Shown here: positions 36,719-50,000 of the stretch, piece after piece
Numbering within the stretch: position 1 is the stretch's first letter
How the letters are laid out: every line of letters starts with the position of its first letter
Source of the DNA: Callorhinchus milii
Taxonomy: Eukaryota
DNA: 64,000 bases
Assembly: GCF_018977255.1 (NCBI RefSeq)
Contig: NW_024704755.1
Span: forward strand, 15,500,001-15,564,000
Direction: 5' to 3'
Translations under genes and position numbers: made by a program
The notes under the pieces: model-generated
The model's database searches: none
What the model saw: only the letters and a program-made list of their open reading frames with translations
What the model was told of the DNA's origin: nothing

Positions 36719-39700
36719 CTACAAAGTCCTCTCATCTTGCGTTTTGGATCTTGGAGTTTTCTTGCAACGATTCAAATCCACTTTGGCATAAATCACAGAC
36801 CCATTCTCTGCTCCCTGCAGTGTCTGTAAAACAGAATGTGATAGATTGTTGGCTTCACTGGTCTGGAGATTCCTGTATAAGTATTTATCACAATGCCCTC
36901 AAGAATAAATATTTTCAACTAAGTTTAAAATATTTAAATATAGCGTCCAAATATTTTAGCAGTGGAGATCAACCAGTGTAGCAGTTTGTTCATTGACCTA
37001 TAGAAATGTGGGGTGGGTATTTCCATATATAGCTGATGTCCCAGTGCCTCATAGATTCACACACAATAACTAGTCTTATACAAGAAGAATAACTATTTGG
37101 TTATACAGTAGCTTGGAGATTGTCTCCCTCCATAGTCTGCAGATTATCCAGAACTCTGCAGCTCGTGTCCTCTACTGTACCAGGCTCTGTGAATCATCTC
37201 CATCCTCGCCCGACCACACTGACTTCCCATCACACAAATGATACAGTTCAAGATCCTGGTCCTCAGCTTCTAAGGCCTCCATTGCCTGCTCCCCACCCAC
37301 CTCTGTGACCTCCTAAACCCCTACGAACCTGCCCACTTGCTCCGCTCAGAAGGCTCTGCCTGCTTAATGTCCCACACGTCATCCGCCCCACCATTGGTGG
37401 ATGAGCGTTCAGTCACTCTGCCCCACCTTCTGGAGCTCCATTCGAAAGTATCTCCACCTTGCCTCTTCCCTTGCCTCCTTGAAGACCCATCTCAAGAACC
37501 TCCTTTTGGACTGTGCTTTGAATCACTCCCCTCCAGCCTCCCCGATCCCGATCCCCAGATCGGGCCCAAAATATTAACTGTCCAGTGTCTTGTGAAGTCC
37601 TCCCGATGTAAAATGCATTAGAAGACCATAAGACGTAGGAACAAAGGTAATTTTGTTGTTGTTGTTGTTCATTGACCTACAGCAATGTGGGGTGTGCATT
37701 TCCATATATAGATAATGTCCCAGTGCCTCATAGATTGACACACACAATATCTAGTCTTACACAAGTAGAATAACTATTTGGCTATACAGTGGCGGATTGT
37801 CACCATCATATCACAGCCACAGAGTGAAGATTAGAGGGCAAAGGAAGACTAACCACAAAAACTATCTTCCAGTAAACACTGAAGTGAATCCCACTCTTTA
37901 CTGAACCAAGAAAATTCAACTGGTTAGAAAAGGTTTCTGTTTGATTTTGTGTTTCTTAGCCATACCTGAGCGTATACAGTCCTCTCCTCTTGTCTTTCAG
38001 ATCTTGGAGTTTTGTTGCAAGTAGCCAAATTCAATGTGACATAAGCCACCGGCTCATTCTCTGCTCTGTGCTTTGTCTATGTGATCACAACAAGAAAAAT
38101 ATATTACATTTCCATAGCATATTTCAAGTCACGATGATGTCCTAAGGCGTTGATGGATTGTTCTGAAAATTGTTGTGTATATACTGATCAGAAAGCCCTC
38201 GAGAATAAATATCTTCCCCGAAGTTTATAATATTTAACATTCAGCTCTGTCACCAATTACATGAAACTCGGCGTCTCATATTTCAGCAGTACATTGAGGC
38301 CATGTAGATGTACGTAGAGAATACATTTAAAATCTTTTTATTTCTTAATGATGAATAATATCTTTCCATTACCTGAATTCCGTTTGAGACAATTGCTGAA
38401 ATGAATTTAATAAATGTACCTGTTCTTCGCAATGCCCCCTTCTGTTCTGGTTTCTGCGTGAGCCTTGGAAAGAAATTCAATAAATGAAGTATTCATTCAA
38501 TTTCTACGTAAATATTTTCAAGCATATTTTGGATAGACCGAATAAAAAGCGATTCAGAGTCCATGAACTGCCAGATCTTGGTTCTAAAAAGGTAGTTTTC
38601 TTCCACCACAAACCTGCTCATCTTTATTGACCGTTAATGCATTAAAACCTGAATTAGAGTCACACAAATCACATGATTTGAACTTCTGAAACATCCGCCT
38701 CTCTTCCATTATTCCTTCAAATGGTTTATCATCCACTGCCCCATGCTCTGAAACTGCCCCTGCTCTCTGGAACACCAGCCCTGAGTGCCTCCGATACCCT
38801 CTTTCTCGCGCCTTCAAATCGTTGATGGAATAAGCGAGAAAATAGATAAATTGTGATATGGAATATAAAACCAGAGAGGTAATGTCAACAAGAAAGATCA
38901 TTATTTAGAACACAATTAGAATATTATGTCCAGGATTGTTTTCCTCACTTACGAAAGACGTCAAGGAATGAATGTGGTGCAAAAGAGATTAATCGGATTA
39001 TATCGGGGGAGGTTGGTGTGACCTGTGAGCAGAGACTGGAGGATCTGGGACTTTCCTCTTTGGAACAAAGAACTTTGAGTGACGACCTGCTAGAGATCGA
39101 TTTCTAAGTTTGCTGATGAGACAAAAGTGCAACAGTGAAGAGGATTGTAATTTTATTGAAGAGATATAAGACCCAGCAGATTGCTAAAGATGGCAGTTGA
39201 AACTGGGCATTTTGGGATGTGTAACCAGGTGGGTTATGTAACATCGTGCTGCTGGTGAAGGTAGCCCAGGCGGGATCTGCATTTTCTAAAATAATATATT
39301 TTCTAAAATTAATTAATTGTAACGGTAAGTGGAATAAACAGGTGAATGAAATGTAAATTAAGACCTGTAGGAGCAGGCTTAGACCATTCGGCCCCTCAAG
39401 CCTGACCCACCATTTAATAAGATCGTGGCTGATCTTCTAACCTAATTCCATTTAGCCGCCCTATCCCCATATCACTTAATCCCTCTATCCTTCAGAAATA
39501 TATTAACCTCAGTCTTGAATATGTTCAAGGACTGAGCATCCACAGCCTTCTGGGGTAGAGAATTCCGCAAATTCACTACCCTCTGAGTGAAGAAATGTTT
39601 CCTCAACTCAGTTCGAAAAGGCTGACCCTTAATCTTGAGATAACCCCATCTGCCACCTACTTGCCCACTCAGCTAGCCTGTCTTTTTCCCTCTGCATTCG

Positions 39701-42700
39701 TCTTGTGTCATCCTCACAGCTTACTCTCCCACCTAGCTTTGTATCGTATGCAAATTTAGATATGTTCAGTTCTATTTCCTCATCTAAGTTATTGATATCG
39801 TCTGCAAATACTTGAGGCCCAATGGCTGATCCTTATGACACTCCAATAGTCAAACCCTGCCAATCTGAGAAGGACCCGTTTATCCTACTCTCTGTTTTCT
39901 CCCTGTTAGCCACTCTCCAATCCATGCTAATATATTACCTTTAATTCCATGGGCTCTAATCTTATACAATAGCCTTTTATGTGGCACCTTGTCGAATGCC
40001 TTCTGGAAATCCAAATGCACCACATCTACTGGTTCCCCCTATCTAACCTGCTCGTTACAACCCCCCAAAACTCTAGAAGATTTGTTAAACATGTTTTCCC
40101 TTTCGGAAAGCCATGTTGACTGCCTAATCATGTTATAATTTCTAAATGCCCCATGCCTATGTCCCTAATTAAGGCCTCTAGAATTTTGCCTACCACCGAT
40201 GTCAGACTAACTGGTCTATAGTTCCCCAATTTTTGTCTCCCACCCTTCTTAAATGGTGGTGTTACGTTTGCGACCTTCCAATCAAAGGGAATCGTTCCAG
40301 AATCCAGGGAATTTTGGAAGATCAAAAACAATGCATCCACTATCACTGCAGCCATCGCTTTTAATACCCTAAGATGCAGGCCATCAGGTCTAGGGTATTT
40401 ACAGGTTTTTAATCCTATCAATTTCTCTAGTACTATTGCTTTACTGATATTCATTTCTTTAAGTTCCTCACTAACATTATCCTCCAGCTTCCCCTCTATT
40501 TTCGGTAAATTTTCAGTATTCTCTAATGTGACGACAGAAGCAAAATGTTTGTTTAATGACGCTGCCATTTCTTTATTCCCCATTACAATTTCTCCTGTCT
40601 CAGGCTGCAATGGACCCACATTCACTTTTGATAGTCTCTTCCTCTTTATATACATGTAAAAACTCTTATAATCTGTCTTTATGATCCTAGCTAATTTACC
40701 CTCATATTCCATTTTCTTCTTCTTAATCAGTTTCTTGGTTTTCCTTTGCTGATCTCTAAAGACCTCCCAATCCTCAGGTTTACTGCTCTTTTTGGTAGTA
40801 CTATTGGCCTCTTCTTTTAACTTTATACTTTCCGTAACATCTCTGGATTCCTAGATACCCTCAAAGAGTGAACAAAGTGACGATGGGCAGAATTGCCTTA
40901 TATACTGTAAATTTCTGTAGTTCTATCGCAACAGATTTCAGACATTCATTGCATGGAAATTTCTTATTAAATGTGCAGCTAAATATATACAGGGTGAGTT
41001 TCTATGAGGACATTTGCATTTGTGAATCAATCGCAAAACATTAATCATTTGCGCAGCTATACAGGATAACAGGTTTTCTCTCGTTGTCAGCTCTAAACTA
41101 TTAAATGAATTGTTTTATTGAATTAAATATTGCCAATTAACGTAAATAAAATAGGAATATTTCTTACCTTTCCTTTTGTTTAATAGGCATTGTTTCCCAA
41201 TGACGATTAAAAGCAGCAGAATTGCCAGCCCTCCAGCAGCAGATCCAGCGATCAGTGCATAGGGAAGCTCAGCCTTACTCCCTACAGGAACATCATAAGG
41301 TGAATGTATCGGCGACTCCAGCAATGAGTCATAGTTTCATTCCCTACACAGCGCATCAGATCAGAGATTTTAGAGCAGATTTAAAAAAGATGTTTTTAGA
41401 TTGTCCTGGCAGGTCAGTTGCAGTCCAACGCACTATTGATCAAAAATCAGCAATCAGCCAGCCAAGCGCATCAGCGAGACTGAGAGTGGCAGCCAGTCAC
41501 TGGGGGAGGGGGGGTGGCAAAGGCTACAGCTAATTTGCGTCATGTAATGCTACTTAGTGGAAGTTACCAAAGGAAGAAAATGTAATACCCAATTTGAAGG
41601 GAAGTATTTATTACTTAGTAAGAACAAAATAGAACATACCGCGATTACAGATGTACATGTGATGCTCTCAATTCTGATTCAGGAAAGTCTAAGGATTTGA
41701 AACTTATTAAAATAATTTACAGAGTAAGAGACGAAAGAATCAATTCAAATAATGACATGTAAAGTTGAATGTTAAGCAGGATTTCGCAGGAAACCTATAT
41801 GATTATAATTTTCTGTGTAAATAAATAGAAATATGTTTCAAATAACAATTTAGTTGACAACGATTGTCTTGAGGATTTTGGCAAATTACCTTTATTGGAT
41901 TCAGAAACGGTGTAGACCGCAATGGCTGGAATCCGGAGGGTGACGTGAGATACCAGACAGGTATAAACAGCCCCTCTCTGCACAGGCTGTGTCTCTTCCA
42001 TGGAGCTCGAAACTTCATAAAGTCCCTTTGAATTCTTTTCTTCACTGATATTTATCCCAGTTTTAACTTCACTCCCATCTTTATTCCAGGTGAGTGTTAC
42101 ATCTTCCGGGTAAACCTCAGCCGTTTCACACACAAGTGTCAGAGACTTTGATGAATCTCTTTCAGAATCTCTGGGGAATATCTTCAGTGGGGTTGGGGGG
42201 ACTGTAGGGCAGACAGTGGGGCAGAGTCATGTTACTTGTGATCAGTTGGAATATAAAACTTTAGTCTCATTTAAATTGTACCATAAGTGTTCCTTGGAAC
42301 AAGAAGTAAAGAATCTGGATTGTAACGGCAAGAACGTGATCCAGCAATTCTAAAAATTGTTTGTGTCCTTAGTTTGGAATGATGTGTTCAGTTTAGGAGA
42401 TATAATAGCCTTGGAGGGGCTAAAGAAGTGAAAGAGTTCATAATCTTAACATTGTGACTCTCAGAAATGATGTGGAATCCTTCTCAACACATGGAATATT
42501 GTGAAGTTGTGGCATTCAGTCCACAAGTAGCCTTAGATGCAGATTTAACTGGGATATATATATAAACGAGAGCTAGATGATAATTTTAAGGGATGTGGAG
42601 GGTGAAATTGGATTAAAAGCTCCGCCAACATTCTAGAGCATCAACAACCTACATGTATATATGGTGCTTCACGCAGGATAATGAACTGAGATAGCGTAAA

Positions 42701-43580
42701 GTTCGAGTTATGGCGGTTAAGGCGGTTTGCATAAATGTTTGAAAGCATTGCTTAACACAATTATTCTGCAATTCAACTTCTCAATTTGTTGTGTTTGATA
42801 AATTTGCCGGCTCAGTTCATTGCAACAACAAAGGAGCCAAACTTTGGTTCAATAATATTCTATTGTTTAATGTTTTTCATATTGAAATCAAACCTATCCT
42901 CTGTGCTGTTCAATCATAAAGTTGTATGAGAGTAGAGAATTAAACAAATAATTTATCCATATCGACTTCAACATATGGCAATACTCGCACTTCAACATTC
43001 TCCATTACTATGGTATTCACACTTACCATGTACAGTTAAACGTGATCCAGTTCCTTTTCCTGCTATTTTTTCCTGACGCATCACTGCACAAAGATAGACT
43101 CCCGAGTCTTGAAAATTCACGTTTAGGAGGTGGAATGATTTGGAATCAAATATTTTCCTGTTGTCAGGTTTTGTATTCAGGAATCCACTCTCTCCTTGTT
43201 TCCACCAGTAAAGTTCTGTAGGTGAATTGTGTTGATTTCCGGCAGTCTCACAGGAGAAAGTACCATTTTCACCTTGGATTACTGTGAGTTTTGGAGGATA
43301 TTGGATCACTTTCACTGATGCATCACCAGCAACTGTCAGGAAATGAATTAACCAATAATTAGTGATTATAGAGAGGGATAAAAGCGACAAAACAAACAGA
43401 GAGAGGGAGAGAAAGGTGGGAGAAAGTTAGAGGAAAAGAAAGACGGACGTATTAACAATACACATTTTGAAACTCTTCACCTCTATGGATTTGTATTTAG
43501 ACTGAGATTTGGTACAATTCCATACCTGTGGCAATAATCCCCATTAGAGAAAGATAGGGGATCACATCACTCGCCATCAT
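36719..43580 (-). CDS. Gene C: complete VJ-C1-TM receptor with a shortened ITIM tail, 348 aa
   Basis: Exons 43580-43526, 43332-43027, 42201-41890, 41281-41168, 38463-38420, 38076-37966, 36823-36719 (TAG at 36721-36719) sum to 1047 nt. The terminal exon starting at 36263 is then 3'UTR. Confidence 0.82.
37105..37625 (+). mobile_element. Older L2 3' fragment in a gene C intron
   Basis: [11 protein letters not shown]-like motif and a degenerate L2 tail. Confidence 0.65.
39355..40840 (-). mobile_element. CR1-clade LINE fragment (RT N-terminus and 3' end) in the gene C TM-cytoplasmic intron
   Basis: ORF 40128..40712: PRPDGLHLRVLK, WKVANVTPPFKKG, NYRPVSLTSVVGKILE; shark-type ..ccattcggcccctcaagcct.. 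3' end. Confidence 0.88.
41168..41281 (-). CDS. Gene C stalk/transmembrane exon
   Basis: 114 nt; [29 protein letters not shown]; ORF 41115..41324. Confidence 0.85.
41890..42201 (-). CDS. Gene C C1-set exon
   Basis: 312 nt; ORF 41795..42133; same lineage as the Z C1 exon. Confidence 0.9.
43027..43332 (-). CDS. Gene C V(J) exon
   Basis: 306 nt; ORF 42992..43390. Confidence 0.9.
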
Positions 43581-43673
43581 TGTGATCAATTGTTGAGACT
43601 CACCCTGAACCAGTCGTTGGTGTAACAAACATTTGCTGACTGTTTAATATGAAATATCTCGCAGTGTCGTTTG

Positions 43674-43716
43674 ACTTCCTGTGTCTGTGGTTCAGAGATC
43701 AGTTGGATGCGATTGG
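43674..43716 (-). promoter_or_regulatory. Proximal promoter module of gene C (ETS + RUNX + CCAAT)
   Basis: ACTTCCTGT 43674-43682, TGTGGT 43686-43691, ATTGG 43712-43716. Confidence 0.5.
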
Positions 43717-46378
43717 CAAAGAAAGTTGCGCCTTTCAATAGAAAGTGGAATAGTTTCAATAGAAAGCTCAGATCGGCAGGAAAAGGGAGGGTTAAATATT
43801 GTTATTTTATTTTCTGCGCATTGCATTATTTCTTACTTTTCATAGTAAACATTCAAGTTTATAATAAGTAACTGAGAAAATAAAGCTGAAACACAGAGCT
43901 GAGGAAACAAAATTCTCTTCAGTTTAATAATATTGTTAATCTTTGCGTTTTATTTAGTGCTTTACCACGTCGTATATACTGTAAAGTGAATTGACTGTAC
44001 ATATTTTGGGTGAAAAGTGAATAAAGCAAAGGTTAATTAGTTGGAGCATAAAACTGATGTTAAAAAAAATGTGTAACATCAGTTTTAGTCTCCACCACAA
44101 GAATCTGCTGAATCTTGTGAAAGGACACAGAGTACACCGAGTGATCCCTCAGCCAAACGAAAAGATTGGATTTAACTTTATGAGCAAATGTATAAAATTT
44201 CTTCTGAAACCTGAGCATTTAATCACTGAATGCATTACCATGTTGAACGTCTTTCCATATTTTGTTTAATGCAATTCAACATAACGGATACAAATCTGAT
44301 GATTTCTATAACCAAACATTATGTATCAGGTTAAGGCAATATTTAATAAACGTTTATCGATAGATATGATAGAAATAAAATATATTTTTTCAGCTTTTAC
44401 AAAGTCACTTTTCTCTTCCCGACAACTACAACAATCACGTGAAAAGCTTATCAAAAAACACAATCAGATAGGTAGCTCACTATAGGAGCTGTCCAGGCAA
44501 ATTAAAGAAATAACTGAACGTTAAAAATAATAATGATTCAACTCATAATAATTTAGTAACCCTTGGATAAATAAGGATAACCATTTACACACGATTGTTT
44601 GTGTGAAAGCGCTTCACGTGATTTACTGTTTTTTTTGGCGAAGTTGGTATCTTATTTGCAACCAGCAATGTACCGTAAACAGCTATGAAGTGAATGACCA
44701 ATTTTCTTTGGGGAATTGTTGGTCAAGACACCCAGAGAATCGCTTTCACTTTAGGAGCAATGCTATCTTAAATTTATATCTGAACAGGTTGCGCGGAACT
44801 CGCTTCAACTTCTCATCTGAAGAATAAGAATAACTTGGATATATATAGCCCCCGTCACATGGGAAGCAGCTCCGAGGGTCTGAAACTACAGCTACGACAA
44901 TATAGAACTCAGACATTACAGCATTGGAGCATCAGCCGAGAATTTTAGCTCAAAGTCTTGACTTTCGACTTAAACTGACAAACTTCTGATTGAGAGGGAA
45001 CATCAGAACAGTGTTGAGAGAAGGGAAAGATAGAGCGGAAATAAAGATGATGTTTGTCCCTGTGATGGATTGTAACAAGCGAAGGTGGATAATATGATAG
45101 AGTAGGTTGCTGTGACACTGACTTCCTGTTTGATTGGGGTTGTGCAATGTAGCAGGTGTGGTGGGTGCAATGTGAATCCATACCTCTACAAAACAATGTG
45201 AAAATAAGAACGCATCCTATTAATAGCAGAGAAAAAGCTGAACACGTATCTAAATATAAAAAAAACAGGTTCAGTGTCAGTATTGAGCTTGCAGTGTTCT
45301 CAGCAACGGAAAAGGTTGTTTTGAGCATCAAGGCATGAAGTTAGCAGTTTCAGAAATATACCAATTCGGTGAAGTATCTCTTCTGAGAGAGAGAGAGAGA
45401 GAGAGAGAGAAACCGAGTGAAAGACAGAGACAGACTGACTCAGAGCAAGAAAAAGAGATAGAGAGATTGAGAGAGAGAGACTGAGAGGGGGAGACTGAGC
45501 GAGAGAGAGACTGAGAGAGACTGATATTCTGAGAGATCCAAAGAGCGGTAAGTCACAGTGTGATCCCTTAGCATTGCATTGGATTGTAATGGGACAATCT
45601 GAATAACTGCGTTCAGGATTGAATAACATATTAAATTGAGTTCTACTTTTGGTTGTGGGTGAGGTGTGTGGGTGGTGGGGGAGATATAAAGGTTTGAAAA
45701 CATTGCTTAAAACAATTATTATGCAAATCAAAACAAAATTCATTCAAAAATTACGTTTGTATACACCTTTCACATTTGACAGGACATCCCAATCATAGAA
45801 TCATAAATTACAAAGCAGAGAAGGAGGAGATTCGGCCCATCGTGTCTGTCCCAACTCGCTGCGTGATAATATTTCTGCTCATATCCCCTGTTTCTTTTAA
45901 CTACTGCAACCAAAGCACTGGACAGTCGGGGATTTGGACCTGGGGTTTGGGGAAGGTGGAGGGCAGGGAGGGTAGGAAGTGGCTGAAGTCTCAGTCGAAG
46001 AGGATGGTTGTGATTCACGCCTTGAAGGAGGCAGCATCATTGACCTGAAACATTAACCCATTTTCCTCTTACCATCGATGCTGCCTGGTCTGCTGAGTGT
46101 TCCAGCAACTTCTCTTTTTGTTTCAGATTTCCAGCAACTCGAATTCCCACTTTGCTGTGTTGTATAAACCCACCGGCTCACATCAGTACAGTAACAAAGA
46201 GGCAAAACTTCAGTTGAAGAATATTCTATTGATAAATGTGTTTCATGTTCAATTAAAATCTGTTGCTTTGTGTTGTACATACAGTCGAGCGGAGAGAAAT
46301 AAACAAATAATTTACGTATCTCAAGTCCAAAATGCCCCAATAGACTCCTTTCAATATTCTCGGTTGCTATTGTATTCC

Positions 46379-47026
46379 CATGTAGAATTAAACATGATCC
46401 AGTTCCATTTTGTGATGTTTTCCCTGATGGACCACTGCACAGAAATAGACTCCTGAGTCGTGGACATTCACATTTATGAACTGGAACGTTTTGGAATCAA
46501 ATATTTTCCTGTTCTCAGGTTTTGCGTGTAAGAATTTACTCTCTCCTTTTTTCCACCAGTAAAGCGTTATCTCTGAACCTCGTTTATTATCGTTAATCTT
46601 GCAGGTGAATTTAAGGTTTTTATCTTTTAATGCTATCCATTCTTCAGGATACTGAATCCTTTAATTGTTGCATCACCAGCAAATGAATTAACTTATAATT
46701 AGTGCTCATAATTCATTTCGCCCACAAATATATAGTCAAATCACTTTACAGTATATTCTGTGAAGCAATTTGACACATCCAGAAGAAGTGAAAAGCGCTA
46801 CATTAAATGCAAGTATTATTATTATTATACAGAGGACTAAAAGGGAAGAAATAAATAAGCGAGCGAGAGAAAGATGGAAGAAAGTAAGACCGATCTATTC
46901 ACTTTACACATTTTGAAACTCTTCTTCTATATTGTATTGTAGTTAAACTATGCTATCGTAGAAGTACACAGCTGTGGCAATAATTCTCATTAGAGAAAGA
47001 TACGGGAAAACATCACTTACCGTCAC
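46379..47026 (-). pseudogene. Orphan leader + divergent V pseudo-module (duplicate of 7584-8236)
   Basis: Same divergent V type (KFTCKINDNKRGSE..LYWWK), with frameshifts and both acceptor and donor deleted. Confidence 0.85.
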
Positions 47027-50000
47027 TGTGATCACTTGTTGAGAGTCTCCCTGAACCAGTTTCTGGGTATAACAAATGTTTCCTGATTGATTAATATGAA
47101 ATACCTTGCAATGTCTTATGACTTACTGTATCCGTGGTTCAGAAATGAGTTGGATGCGATTGGAAACAAATGTGCTTTTCATTAGTAAGTGGAATCACTC
47201 TTCAGATCAGCAGGAAATATGGTTAAATATTAGCAATTAATTTTTATTTTCCGTGTATTGCATTATTTCTTAATTTTCATCAAAATCATTCACGTTTATA
47301 ATAAGTAACTACATGATACTAAAGCTGAAATATAGAGCTAAGGAAACAACATTCTCTTCAGTTTAATAATAATAATCATTGAATTTGATAGAGTCGTCGA
47401 GACTTCTCAAATTTCTTCACGGCATACATAGCCAACTTTACATTTTGTGAGCAAAAAGTGAATATAATAAAGATTAGTTTGTTGCAGCATAAAACGGATA
47501 TTAAAAAAATGTTTACCAACAATTTTAGGCTACACCACGAGATTCTGACAACTCGAATGAAAGGAAACGGAGTACATGGAGTAAGACAATTGCGAAGATT
47601 GGTTTGATTTAAATTTATGAGCAAACGTATCAAATTTAATCTGGAACCTGAGAAGTTAATCGTTGAACGCATTACCATATTGAATATCATTCTGTGTTGT
47701 TTTTAAAGCTATTTGAAATCATGAATACAAATCTGATGATTTCAGTACATTGTGTATCAAGTTACAATGATATTTAGTAGAAGTTTGACGATAGATATGA
47801 CAGAAGTAAAATACATTTTTTCCATTGTTGCACCAACATTTATATTCCTTACAGCTTCTTACAATCAAGTGAACAGCTTCTCTCTATAAACACATTTCAA
47901 TATGTAGCTCACGATGCATGTGTCCAGGTGAAATATAGAAATAACTGAATGATAATAACAATGATTCAACTTCTAATTAAATAATAACCCTTGCATTAAT
48001 AATAATAACACTTTACACAAGATTGTTTGATTTATTGTTTCTGTTGTTGATGAAGTTGTCACCTTATTTGCACACAGCGATGTCCCAGCTATTAAGTGAA
48101 TAACCAATTTTCTTTGGGGAATTGTTGGCCATGATACCCAGGGACCGTTTTCACTTTAGGAGCAATGCTATGAGATCATTAACTTACACCTCAACAGGAC
48201 GCGCAGACCTCGTTTCAACATCTTATCTGAAGGACAAGAACAACAAGTTTGAAATATGTAGCGCCCATCACGCTGGATAGCGTATTTGAGCATCTGGAAC
48301 TACAGCTTCGACAATACAGAATGAACCCTTTAAGGCATTGGAGCATTAGCCTAGAATTGTAGCTCAAAGTCTCGACCTTGGACCTGAACCTACAACTTTC
48401 TGATTCAGAGGGACATCACCGGAACTGTGTTGAGAGAAGAGAAACATAGAGCGGAAAATGACGTTTGTCCCTGTGATGACCATCACACTTTAGGTGAATT
48501 GAATCACTTAGTTTGTAGAATTGCCACCAACAATCAGAAAATATACTCAATCACTGATTTATGTCTCGGGACGTCCTCCCGATGTAAAAGGCTGTATATA
48601 AATTAAGTTCGTTTTTGATATCATTGATTTCTTACATTATGTACCATGGGGGGAAAACGAGGAAATAAATCGTAACTGTATTGAAATGAATTTGAGCACA
48701 CTTTCTGCTATCTGAGTTTATATCACCTTTAGTAATCACATGTAATACAGACATGTGCAGAAAGGCACCACTCGCTGTGTCTGACTCTGATGGCCTGTAA
48801 CACGTGAACATAGATTATCCCACGGTATTAAAGGAACAGTGACGGCATGGCTACAGAAGCTGTCTGGGAGACAGAAAGCAGAGATTGGTGGTGAACAGTT
48901 ATTTTTCTGCCTGAAGTGTGCAGTGATGTACCCCAGGGGTCAGTATTAGGACAATTGATGTGTAGATCAGTATAAATCACCTGGACCTGCGTATAGCGAG
49001 TACAATTTCCAAGTTTGCAGATGATACTAAGCTATGAAAAGTAGTCAACAGTGAGGAGGATAGTAGAAGACTGCAAAAGGAGATAGACAGACTGGTAAAA
49101 TGGGCAGTCATATGGCAGATGAAGATTAATGTGGAGAAATGCGAAGTGATGGATTTTGGGATACTAGGCTTTATAAATAGGGGCATAGAATACAAGAGTT
49201 AGAAAGTTTGGTGAACCTTCATAAAACTGGTTAGGCCTCAGCTAGAGACTGTGTTCAGTTCTGGGTAGCAATCTTTAGGAAGGATGTCAAGGCTTTGGAG
49301 AAGGTGTAAAGGAGATTTACCAGATGGTACCAGGAATGAGGGTCTTCAGTAATCAGGAGCGAGTAGAGAAGCAAGGATTATTTTCCCGGGAGCAGAGAAG
49401 ATTAAGAGGAGAAACTATTTCCACTGGCTTGCTCGTCCTGAGACGTGCCTTGGACGGAGACATGGGGGGTAGCAAAGTGGAGGCAATGTGGGATGGAGTA
49501 CCAAAGTTTGGGGTTAGAGAAGGTGAAGGTCTGATAGCCGATGGTGGGGTGGGCCGTGCAGGGAAAGTGCAGCAGGCCAGAGCCCGCTGAGCGGAGAGAG
49601 TGGGCAGGTTGATAAAGAATTAACAGTTTAGGAAGGGGCAAAGCCATGGAAGGCCTTGAAAGCGAGAGCAGAGATTTTGAACTCTATCCTCTGTAAGGTT
49701 TGCCTTAACACCAATTTACTCAATACGAGTTCATGCAATGATTCAAAGAAAAGGTCTTTATTCACACACAAGCAGCAACAGTCTTTGCATTTGTGTTGAT
49801 ATTATATTTTCACATTAACATTCAGTTTTATCCAGCATAACAATCGAAATGTATATTACCCTCGATAACACCAAATTCCTACTGGAGAAAGCCGTCCTTC
49901 CTTACGGACCTCACTATTCCTAGCCTCGTCTTTCTGCATAACTCTCTACTTTTTTTGCCTTCATATCCATCGTTCATTATTTTTAGCAATGCATCTGTGT

